Translations under genes and position numbers: made by a program
In this document: positions 1 to 11,529 of the stretch, in pieces
Layout: every line of letters begins with the position of its first letter
Position numbering within the stretch: the first letter of the stretch is position 1
The notes under the pieces: generated by a model
What the model was told of the DNA's origin: nothing
The model's database searches: none
Seen by the model: the letters and a program-made list of their open reading frames with translations, nothing else
Origin: the human T2T-CHM13v2.0 reference genome, Homo sapiens
DNA: 64,000 nucleotides
Reading direction: 5' to 3' (one strand)
Assembly (NCBI RefSeq): GCF_009914755.1
Contig: NC_060939.1

Positions 1-1133
1 CTAAGCTCCTGCTTTCTGGGTGAGGCTGACTGTTCTAGGAGGTGATTGTCATGTGCTTATTTTCATTTTTCAGCATCCTTCATCATCACAACAGGCTAGT
101 AATTAGTGAAAATAACAATTGCTATTGGTTAATGCAACATTTCAACTGTCATCCTGCTGCAGTGGGAGAAAAAGTTATTTTGTAAAATGAGAGCCCAGTG
201 GTGCAGTTGTATTGACTTTTATGTCATATTTGTTTCAGTTTACTCGTCAAAACAAGTTTCACAGCTCCTCCTGCTCCAGAAGGTTCCGTTTGCTTTATGA
301 AAATGAAGCTGTCTTGTTTTCTGGTTCATAAATCATTGTCAAGCGGAGCTAGATAACAGAAACAGGTTCAGATTCTGGAATGATTATCCTTAGAGATGAT
401 GTATTAAATATACAGAATACAACTTGATTTTCATAAGCCACGTTGACTTTGCAGAACTAAGGCTGCAGGGGAAAATTATTTCATAAGAGGAGGGGTGAGA
501 GCTCGCAAAATCTAACCAGGTGGGAACGATGGGAGAGGGAAGGAAGTAGAGCATTTTCACATGTAAAGATGTGTCTGCTTTCTCCAGTTTTCTCTCTATT
601 ATTTACCTAATGTCATTTAAGCATTTGGTGCCTCTGTCTTCTATTAACAATATGGGAAGCATCTTTAGAAAAGAAGAGCTTCTCCTTCTTCCTAGATTAA
701 CTACCGCTTTTCTTTCATCCTCTTCTCTGAATATTGTGGTATCATGTAAAATATTTCTTCTACCTCTTCGTAACTTAACCTCTCCCCCTGCAATGAGCTT
801 GGTTTGAGTTGTACTTTTGGAGTTCCATATCTCATACCCAGTAGGCTTTCTAATGCCTCACCAGAGCCGCACAATCCACGGGAGTGAAATCTGGAGAAAA
901 ATCACAGTGGAGTGAGAAAGAGTCACAGAAATACCCTGAGATCAGAAGTGTCTTTGTGGTAACTCAGGGAACAGGTTTCTTGCCACTGAATGGTGCTGAA
1001 GCTGATTTCCTTCTGAATGAAGACTTCAGACCACCAAGCCAACTTAAAAATGTATTTTGCTGAAAAAGAGAGGTTTCTTCTGTGTAAAATGTATTTTACT
1101 TCCTATTCAACTGCTTAGTTCCTATTGGAGCTC

Positions 1134-1493
1134 TGTATTAGTCTGTTCTCACGCTGCTAATAAAGACATACCCGAGACTGGGTAAGTAATAAAGAAAAAG
1201 AGGTTTAATGATCTCACAGTTCCACGTGGCTGGAGAGGCCTCCCAATCATGGCAGATGGAAAAAGCATGTCTTACAGGGTGGCAGACAAGAGAAAATGAG
1301 AAACAAGTGAAAAAGGTTTCCCCTTATAAAACCATCAGTTCTTGTGAAACTTATTCACTACCACGAGAACAGTATGGGAGAAACCACCCTTGTGATTCAA
1401 TTATGTCCCAACGGGTCCCTCCCACAACGTGTGGGATTATGGGAGCTACAATTCAAGATGAGATTTGGGTGAGGACAAAGCTAAACCACATCA
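1134..1493 (-). mobile_element. THE1C-like solo LTR (ERVL-MaLR)
   Basis: TGTATTAGTC...CCACATCA termini (reverse complement of the TGATATGG...TAATACA consensus), typical THE1 body, perfect 5-bp TSD AGCTC at 1129-1133 and 1494-1498. Confidence 0.92.
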
Positions 1494-2281
1494 AGCTCCA
1501 AATCTCATTTCAGACATGAAGCCTCCTCTCCCCCCAGCCACTATCTGGGGCCCAGTTTCTCTGGCCATTCCCTTAGCACATCCCTGTCACTGATCTCTCT
1601 TCATGCTTATTACCGGGATCATCAAGAATTTATTGCATCATTAGTTTTTAAAATATTGGTCTCACTTGGTAAGATGAAGTTCCTTGGGGGTAGATGTCCA
1701 TGTACGTGCACACTGCTGTCTGTGGGCAGGTGCACACCGTATTAAGTATTCAGAGGCAGAGCATAAAGAGAAACAAAGAAATGTATTCAAAGCCACTCAA
1801 ACTTTGGAGTAAAACTTTTTCTAGCAGGCAGTTTAGGTGGAAATCCTAAGTATAGTCAAGATTCTATTCTATTTCAATTAGTACAATTTAATTCTTACTC
1901 AGAATAGAAGGGAAGAATATGCAAAGAGCAAAATGACATAAAGCATTGTTATGTCACTATGTATTTCCCATGTTATGAACAGGAACTTTTTCTGCCAGGA
2001 AAATCCTTGATTTTCTTAAGACACTGCTGGGGAAGGTCACTTGTTCTGCTACCAAATTCAAAACCATGGGAGCCTCCAACTTTCAGCTCAGGTAGCCAGA
2101 GCCCCTAGAATGTTATAATCTTGTATTATCTGGCTTATTTGATTAATTTATGTTTTATGTACATATCTGGAATTTTTACTCATTTTTTCAGCAAAAGAGC
2201 AACGTGAGGAATTGGAAAGTTATTCAAAAACTTTAATAAATGTGGATGACCAGTTTGGGTGTTCATCTCAGTGTGTATTTT

Positions 2282-2769
2282 TGAAACTAGACCAGTTGTC
2301 CCATAGAAGTGACATTTATGGTTTCTTTGAATAAACATAGAAATGGACCTTCCCAGTATTAAAACTTGAGAAAGTTACAATTGTCTTATCTGAGGTCCCT
2401 TCTCAGGAAATAAACCATCAGGACTCCCAGATAGTATCAAGGAAGGGAAACTTACCAGATCACCACATCTGGACAATGTGACACCAGACCCCTCACCTAT
2501 CATGACTGCCTACCCAACCATCTGTTTCCTGTTTACCAACTCCTCTTCCTTCCTGCTCCCTGATTCCTGTTTTCCCAGTTACACTTCTTCCCTGCTATAC
2601 AAACCTTTAATTTCAGTCCACCAGGTGGATGAGTTTGAGACTGATGTATCTGCTCAGCTGCAGCACCCAATTAAAGCCTTCTTCCCTGGCAATACCTGCT
2701 GTCTCAGTGATTGGCTTTCTGTGCTGCGAGCAACAGGACTTAGACCAAACCCCAGGCATTTTAGTAACA
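2282..2769 (+). mobile_element. ERV1 solo LTR, LTR54-like
   Basis: TG...CA termini (TGAAACTAGACC...GTAACA), ATTAAA polyA signal, 4-bp TSD TTTT; resembles the LTR54 consensus as recalled. Confidence 0.75.
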
Positions 2770-4959
2770 TTTTCAACGATACCCTTAGAAGCTTGTATCA
2801 CCTGGATAATTACTTTAACCCGTCATTTCACTGTACTTACAAAAACTGGCTTTTGGATTTATAAACTAAGAGTAAAATGTCGATGTGAACTCTGAGCACT
2901 CTAAGATACGTGAGGTCTCCAGCCAGTTGGTTAATTCATGTGGACTTTGCACCTTTTACAAGACATTTATAAATATAATCTCATTTTCTATACCAATGTT
3001 ATATAATGTTGGTGCTTCACTCTTTAGGAAGAGTGAGTTCTATGGAACAATCAATAGAGAAGCCCTGCATGGTTTATTTTCTATTATGTATAACTTACAG
3101 GTCGTTGAGTCAAGTACTGTGGCAAGATTTCTAAAAGGCCGGTGATTTTTAGGAAAGATCATCAATAACATATGTAGCTGAGCAAGCTAAAGTAATTACA
3201 ATCAAATTTCATGCTTCAGGGCATAAACTGATTTCCTGCAAGTGTCAGAAGGAAATTATGCTGCTTTCACCAATGTGTACTGCATTGGGTAAATGACCCA
3301 CCTATTTTTGTTTGGTTTTGCCCTTTTTTCTGAACCTAATGTAGTACTCAGTTTTATTAAGAGTGCAGGTCATTTTAGCCCATGTCACTCCTTGGTTGCA
3401 TCATATCAGGTTGACTTTCTTTCTGATATCCAGAAACTTTTCAATGGAACATGACACAAAATGAAGCCCTGGTTGAAAAAGTGTTGACTATAATGTAAAT
3501 GTTTGTTCTTGGATTAATTATTACAAGTTGAAAGTCTAGAAGAGAGAAGAAAGCAAAATGTTATGATTTTGAATTTCAAGCCTGTGATCTTAAAAACGCA
3601 CTGAGTATCATGTTTTCTCTTTGAGGTCTCTAAATTCATCTACTTCAGGTCATAAGTTTTATTAATCTTATCTCTTTTTCCGAGCTAACTTTTGCCACTG
3701 GCTCTCTCTCATTCAAAAATCTCAATCACAACCTGCATTTGCTCTACGCAAAACAGCTTTAGCATCGTGAACAATACATGTTAACTTTTGCCACCTTTTT
3801 TTTTTTTTTTGGTTAGTGGGCTGGGGTGAAAAGGAGGAGAGGAGAAGAGCGAGCTAATGGTTATTCTCAGACAGTCCTGGTGCTTCTTCTACAAATTTAG
3901 CGTGGAGGCCTTTGAGCTAATTACATTCTGTATATCTGAGCCAACTCAGAGAGCTTCACGCTGACACTCGGATACATCTGGGCCTGATAACAATTGCAAA
4001 TGCTCAGGGCACACTTTAAAAAAGATCTTATGTTACAACATGAAACAACATGTTTTACAGTACTCAGAATGGTCAGATAAATAAAACAGCTCCAAGTTCA
4101 GAGCTTTGTGGGGGGAAATGTATTTTGTAACATTTCATTTAGAGCAGAAAAATTTCCCCACTGACAAGGGAACATTTGACCCTAACATAATGTTAAGTTC
4201 TACCCACAGCTGTTTGAGGTAATGGGCAATAGAAGACTCTGGGCTGCCTTTAATGATGTTGGCTATAAGATTACAATCATTTCCCATTCAGAGGGACAGT
4301 TTTGGACATTTTGGTCCGAGTTGAAAGTATGGAGGAGAATTTATAAAAAGCTACCTCTGCACATACCTCCAAGGAGAGAGAGTAGGAATGAAAACACTGC
4401 TCATTTCTAGGCCATATTCAGCATAAATGCCAGAAAGATCATGTTAGTTTATTTGGGAACTGTCTTTGGGGGCAGATTTGATGTGTTGATCACAGCCAGG
4501 TGACTTCTGAAATCATCATTCATGCTTTGGGGGGGATGTTGGACAGAGGAGGCAGAAAGGGAAAACAACTCCCAGAGCCAAAGTTTTGCATAAGATGGTA
4601 ACAATTGTCAGTTTCCACCTGGCAATAAAACTCCCCAGCAAGCCCTTCTGCTAATACACGCTATATGGCAGTAACCGTCTTTCTTTCTCCTATGGAGAGT
4701 TGTAAAGTCATAAAGTAGATGAGTATTACTGATTTTAACCTGACATATTTCCCTGTTCCTTGAATTTGCACCTTAAAAAAAGTGTAGCCTTGACACATTA
4801 GTATTGAACACTCTTGCCCTCTTGTTGAGTACGCAGTAGCTTAAAAAAAATACTCATTTTCTTCATTCCATGCCCCTACTCCTTCCATTTTTCTTTAAAA
4901 ATTGCCTGTAGTCACCACAGCTTTGTTATGGAGGGGAAAAAGTAACTTGAGCTATACCA

Positions 4960-5150
4960 TTTGTAGAGCACTTTGGCGTTTACTCTTTAGTGTATATTCT
5001 CTTTCTTAAATTTAAAAACATATTAAAAGGGAGGTGTTTAGCTCCCATTTGGCAGATGGGACAACTGAGGCTGAGCTTGACATAGCGCGTTTTCCCAAAT
5101 TCTGCAGCAGTAAGTAGCAGTAGAGCGCAAACTAATGTCCACGTGTAACT
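4960..5150 (-). mobile_element. MIR fragment
   Basis: MIR core CCCATTTGGCAGATGGGACAACTGAGGCT; boundaries approximate. Confidence 0.65.
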
Positions 5151-5597
5151 GGCATCAATACCCAAATAAAGTGCCTTTATTTATTATAGCACCTGACAAT
5201 TACATAGCAACTTCAATTTTTCGGAAGTGCTTTTCTTTTTTTCCCTACATCATTTTCTTTAAAAAATAAGTTCAGTAGAACCCAGCCACATTTTAAAGTT
5301 GCCCAGAATTCAGAAGCACAGAGAAGTGATTAAACTTATTAACAAAGATACAGTCAACTAATATGAACGTGATATTCCTTTTAGATATCTATGAACACGT
5401 GTTCTCTTAATGATTATATGCCATATCTCTCCATGTATTATCTCAAGGAAGAAAATAAACATGGATTTTCATGAATGTAATTAATGTGTTCCGAGACAAC
5501 ACTTCACGTTTTACTGAATTCCCTATGTACTCAGTTCTAAGGTCATCTCTCCAGAAGACAAAATAGCCCTTTTTGTTAAGTTGTCTGGAGGTTTGGT

Positions 5598-5875
5598 TTG
5601 TTTGTTTATTTGTGTGTTTGGGGGCGGGGGGTACATCAGTTTCTCTAGAAAGCTGGCTCCTGCGTTCTCAGGGGTTATAAAAATGGGAATCATTTTTATT
5701 GGCAATCCACTGGAATAGTGCTGAGACAAATGGAAACTTGAAGATAAGGATCCTCTGAGGTGAGAACATACAGCTGTTGGGAATTGCTAGAGAATCTGAC
5801 CAATAAAGGAAGTCACTATTTTTCCAGGCCTGAAGTGAGTTATAGGGCGAGACGGGTGTTGTATATTTATGTAAG
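5598..5875 (+). promoter_or_regulatory. Candidate TATA promoter/enhancer with muscle/cardiac-type motif cluster
   Basis: Forkhead TGTTTAT 5603, GC box GGGGCGGGG 5621-5629, TATAAAAA 5676-5683, AGATAAG 5742, AGGTGA 5758, CAGCTG 5771, CArG CCAATAAAGG 5800-5809, GGAAGT 5808, TGAAGTG 5831; splice-donor-like GAG|GTGAGA at 5760. Motifs only, no functional data. Confidence 0.45.
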
Positions 5876-6091
5876 GCAGCAGCAGGGAGTTTAAGCGGCT
5901 GTATATTGCTGAAAGAGCATCATTCACATTCAGGCAGAGACAAAAGGTGGAAATGAAGTAACATCCTGGCTGAAGAAGGCCTCACGACAGAATAATAACA
6001 TTTCAGAGAGGGGGGCCGTGTGCGAGGCTGTGGGTAGGCCTCAAAATGAGGAAATGATCAAGATGCCTTGTCAGGCCTTCAGAAAACAGTT

Positions 6092-6138
6092 ACACACACA
6101 CACACACACACGCTCACACACACACACACACACACACA
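6092..6138. repeat. Interrupted (CA)n microsatellite
   Basis: (AC)10 GCTC (AC)~11. Confidence 0.97.
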
Positions 6139-7879
6139 GGCACTCAGGATTAAGGCCTGGCCAAGCGTCCTTGGGAAGGAAAGTCATTTATCTTTCACAG
6201 AAACGCGTACACAATTACCCGCAACCTTCATCAGTACAGTCAGCAAGATAGGTTAGCCAAAACTACTAGAAAAAATATATATCAATACACATATTACAGT
6301 TACACTTCCATTTGGTATTTATTATTATCATGTACTCTAGCCTCACTGCATCAGTGTGGATACTAATTCAGGACAATATTTGAAGGACTAAAGTGGTTCT
6401 GGCTGCTCAAAAGACTCAAAGGAAGGGGGTAGGCTGGGGGGAAGAGACTGTCTTATCTCCTGTGTTTATTTATTGTGTCCTTTTGTTTAGAGGAAGTAGC
6501 GAGAAGAAAGGGGTCATGAAATTACACGCCTCTAATGACAAATGGTGAGAGGAGAGACAATCCACTTCAGAAAAATGATCAAAAGAGGAGGAAAGAAAGA
6601 ATTTTAACATTCAAAAAATATATGTAGCTAGTCCGTGAGGCTCTTCTAAAACGCTGCACTTCTGTTTGGTAGAAATAGTTTAGGGTGCACCCAAATGCTA
6701 ATGAAGATGTTATCAAATTTTTAAATGGTAGATTGCGTTGAATATTTCAGAAACTTTAGTCATTTAGAAAAAGCCTAATGTAGATAGAGTAAGAATCTTC
6801 TGTCACACAGGAAGCTCTTAGTTAATACTAAATTAGGGTGGTTATTAAAACACAGGATGGCACAGAACTGGGATGAAAATAGATATATTTTATCCTTAAA
6901 GTTTATTTGTCTTTGAAAGCAATATGACAATTATGAAAATTTTAAGTAAAATTAAAAGACGTCTTTGAAAATGTTTGTGGGCCGTGGACTAGATTTGTGA
7001 ATTTTCTGTATTAGGACCAAGTACGATGAGATGTCAGAGTGAATTTATACTAGACAAACCATTCACTTACAACCTCATGAGTATCTTGCTTAAGTTTTTA
7101 GGGAATAGTAGAATCACAAAACGAATACACTTGTTTCTCTGTTTTTCATTTATTTTTTCTTCTGCAGCTACACAGCTAAATATTAAACAACTACGAAAAA
7201 ACAAAGCAAAAAAGAATGCTGAGCTGAAATCATTTAATTTCCTTCATTGACCCTTCCTTAACATTGTGACAACTCAATGTTTCAGTCACACCAGAGGGGT
7301 TTACACATTCAACTCCAACATTATCAGAACATGGTATTTAGGAGGCTTTTCAATAGCCAAAGGCTAGGAAGACTAAGAATGAACACAGGGCTCTTCATCT
7401 TTCTAGAATATGAGCAATTCACAAATGGGAACAGTTCATACTGCATTCGCAGGTGAACTTACCCGGCACGGAGCTGAAGCCAAAGATTTCTAGGAATGAC
7501 AGCTTCAGCACATCCGTGAAATGATCCTACTTGCCAATTTCCTATTTTTCCACAGGGGACATCTGAAGGGCTGGGGTTGTGCAAATTCATTTCTGGCTTC
7601 TGAAGCATCAGGTAATGGCTACTGCCAGAGGCAGGATTCCAAAACCATTAGCCCACTGGTCTGATCGCATATGAAAAAACCTAATATTTTGACCACACAA
7701 CCCATCTCATGGCATGCTGGCCTGGTACTAAAAATGCATTGATGAAGAACATATTGTATTAGGTCACTCATTGAAGCATAGCTTAGGAGTGCTTTGAGAA
7801 AAATGCCATTTCCACAGGATTTGAGCTCCATTGAGAAAAATAATGTCTTAAACATAGATTGTTCAGTCTCCACTCTGTT

Positions 7880-7978
7880 TGTATACACACACACACACAC
7901 GTATACACACATACACATATATATACACACACACATACAGAAAGAGTCACATATATATAAGGAATTTCTTAGACCAAG

Positions 7979-8040
<62 letters not shown>

Positions 8041-8215
8041 AATTTCTTAGACTAAGACATATATACATATATATGTATATATATATACGGAATTTCTTAG
8101 ACTAAGACATATATACATATATATGTGTATATATATATACGGAATTTCTTAGACTAAGACATACATACATATATATGTATATATTTATATGGAATTTCTT
8201 AGACTAAGAATTTCT
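7880..8215. repeat. Compound (CA)/(TA) microsatellite plus ~50-bp minisatellite
   Basis: GGAATTTCTTAGACTAAGA at 7961 (one variant base), 8039, 8089, 8141 and 8191, separated by TA-rich tracts; long pure (AT)n at ~7996-8038. Confidence 0.95.
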
Positions 8216-10781
8216 GGGTACATCAGCAGTGGTTCATATAAAAAGAAACAGAGGGGTAGGGAAATGAAAACACAGTCTTCCATTTTTTGGCTTCTCCCTT
8301 AGAATGTTTGTATAAGAAATCATCAGTTCAGTTGCAGGCATTTATGTGTTGTGGTGTGTTGGGGGGAAAAAAACCCTCCATTTAAACACGGATTTTAACC
8401 TTTCCACCTTAGCCTCTTACATTTTCTTTCCTTCCACTCAAAGCATTTAGGTAAATTAGGATGAGGTCCCTCCATAAAAATGCAAGGGGATCAGTTAAAC
8501 TTTCACTTCTAATTTATTCATGAAGGAGCGAGGTCTTGCCTGGCCGTGCTGTGCGTCATCCTGTCAGAATGACTTTCTCTCTTGTTGAGAAGGGAGATGG
8601 AAAGACAGGAAATCGGGGGCTCCAGCTCTCCTAGTAATTGCTGTGAGAATAAAAATGTGAGTACTTTCTTGCCTGGTTAAGTGAATGTGAGCAAAAGTTT
8701 CAAAAATGAAGATAAGAACTAAATTAGCATAGATATATGTGCATGAGTGTAGGAACTAAAATATATGTAATAAGTGTATTTGTATGTTATAAATGCATAA
8801 CATAAAACACATTTTATATAATACATGTATAATGCAAATACATACTGCATTTATAAATAGTGATCTATTTATCACTTTTGATAATATGATACATGATTTT
8901 TCAACAGTGTATAGGTGCACCATCAATTCAATGTACAAATGGATACAAAATATTTATAATAACAGTGTAAGATATACTTGAATTAAATTTCCTAAATCAA
9001 GCTGTTTTCAGTTCTACTGTGTTGTTGCAGTTGTAACTTTGTTTAAGCTTGATGCTGTGGACTGTCCCCTTTAACCATTTTTGTTTCCATGCATAAAGAT
9101 TAAGCTCTCTTTTGCCCTCTGTGTGCAAGCAAACACATGTGCATATTCTATGCATTGTTGAACATGTGCAAGTTTAGAAGATTTATTAGTCTTGTAAGAA
9201 GTCCTTCATTTTCTCTCTCAAATTTGATTGGTTTAATATATTTAATGTTCTGTCTTTAAAATTTCTCATCATTTTCTCTTTTTAATTCATTTCTTGTTTT
9301 GTTTTGTTTTTCCTTCCCTCCACTTCTGAATAGATTTCACATTTGGAGGCTTGTGGGAAAGGAGGACAGAGCCTTATAATGTGAAAGACCTTATTCTATT
9401 TGATGAATAGGTTGCTCCGTTTTGCCATTCCCACCCTAGCATTCAAAAATTATCATCTTTTATACATGGGAAAAAGGGAGGGGGTGGGATCTGGCATTAG
9501 TTCTTTTAGTCGTCAGGAAATTACAAAATGTACACTTGCGAAGTAAGCGATTTTTGCAGTCTGCCTGCACATCCATCTTTTTAATGAGCCTTGTTTATAA
9601 CCCGGCGCCATGTTTCCAGTCACCTACCCTGTTTACGTCTTTGGCCTCTTTAATTAAGAGAAGAACCAGTTAAAAGAAAGTAAGAAGAAATATTAATATG
9701 ATCTGATTAATTCAGCTAGCAGGAGGTTATGGGGTACCAAGGTTATTATAACCTATAAAGGCAATGTGAATGAAGCTGTATCCATTTGTAATTTTATTAG
9801 GTGGAGCAAATTAGTGAGTCTGCATAGCAGTGACAAAAGACCCATTCCTGTTCTCCCTTACCCCCTACTGCAAGGGCCAGGTGCCCAAAGTTAGGCTCCA
9901 TATTAGGCAAATGAGCTCTGATAAATCTCAGCTGCACATCTAATGAGACCCTCCAGAGCTGGCGTTGTGCTAATTTGGAAAGATTAGCTGGGGTGTTTGT
10001 GTATGGCGGGTGGAAGTCCAGTGAAATAACAGTGAGGCATGGGGAAGAGGAAGCCAAACCTTGAAAGGGTTAAAGACAGAAAGACAACACTCTCGTGGAA
10101 AAGATAAGGCCCGGAATAATTGACAGTGGGCAAACCGCGAGAAACAAACTATCAGGGGCAGCTTGAGGGGTGAAGGGAAAATTCTGTTTTAAAAGAAATA
10201 GCAGAGGTAGCTACTGTCTTTATCATGGGAAAAACAACAAAGTCCACCTGTGTGGGCTTCAGCCTTCCCATTTCAGCCCCTCTGACATCAGGAACCCACG
10301 TTTTGTCCACTTTCATGAAGTCAAAAGAAAGCTGCAGAGTTTGCTTATGGCAAAGATGTGGTGCGCCGTGATGAGTTAAGGAGAATTCAGTGCAAAAGAA
10401 AGGAGGCAGGGCCATGGTTTCAAATGCAAAGATTTTAGTATCTGTCACGGGAGCGGTTCTCATGGGCTGGTCTGTGGACTTTGAAGAGGCTTCATTATTC
10501 TGAAATCCTGTCTAGACAAATTTTCTTGGGACTCCAATGTGCAAATTATAGTTTCATTGTCTTGCTTCACCTCATCAATCCTTCTAAACTCTAATTTCAG
10601 ATTTGCTGCTTATCTGGTATTTGTTCTGTCTTGACTTGGTATCTCCTGCCAATGGCTCCCATCCCTCACTGGCCTGTGCCTGACTTCTCAACCATCAGTT
10701 TATCTCTGAGAATTTGGAGGGACTCTCATTCACCTATTGTGTAGGACCAGATTTCCATTTAATCACAAGTAAACTCTACTC

Positions 10782-10850
10782 TTTTTTTTTTTTTTTGGAC
10801 AGAGTCATGCTGCTGCCCAGATTAGAGTGCAGTGGTGCAATCTTGGCTCA
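10782..10850 (-). mobile_element. Severely 5'-truncated Alu (last ~55 nt plus polyA)
   Basis: T-tract followed by Alu 3'-end sequence; TSD TAAACTCTACTC at 10770-10781 and 10855-10866. Confidence 0.88.
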
Positions 10851-11239
10851 TAACTAAACTCTACTCTCTCTAACACTTCAAATATAATGTGATACTTCTT
10901 AGTCTGATACATATCCTGAATGTAGATACAAATCTTCAAGGGCCCATCTGAGCTGTTAACCAACTCTAAATTAGAAAACTTAGCCTTTTACCACTAGTCG
11001 AGCATTCTATTGAGTGTACTCTTACAATAAAAGAAAATCGTATTGGATAATAGCAGCAATACAGTCAAAAAAGTTGACTCCAGCAACCCAATGGAAAAAA
11101 AGAGGACATTCATTTTAAACAGGCATGCCAGTGGCCAAAATTATTTAAATGTGTTAAATTCTATTAGGAATTGGCATGAACTATGTTTAAAAATAATAAA
11201 AAATAAATAAAATAAACTTTTCTTGGCTCAGTAATTATT

Positions 11240-11529
11240 TCTACTCTGATCTAAATATTTGTTTTCCCCAAAAATTTATATGTTGCAGTCTAATCCCCAA
11301 TACAATAGTATAAAGAAGTGGGCCCAAGGGAGCTTATTTGCTTCGTCCACTATGTGAGGACATGTGTAAGGCACCATTTATCGGGAACGAGCTCACACTA
11401 GACACTGAGTCTGCTGGAGACTTGATTTTGGACTTTCCAGCCTCTTAGAACTATGAAAAATACATTTCGGTTGTTTATAAATTTCTGTCTTTGGTATTTT
11501 TCTTACAGCAGCCTAAATATACTAAGGCA
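11240..11529 (+). mobile_element. MLT1A-like LTR, internally deleted
   Basis: Typical MaLR motifs: TCTGCTGGAGACTTGATTTTGGACTTTCCAGCCTC, ending ACTAAGGCA. Confidence 0.8.

Noticed and set aside
7619-8105. 149-aa and 103-aa ORFs
   Set aside because: Open only because they run through dinucleotide repeats (YIYI/HTHT)
7961-8215. CRISPR array (palindromic repeat with spacers)
   Set aside because: Primate genomic context, spacers are related TA microsatellites, and there are no cas genes; it is a minisatellite
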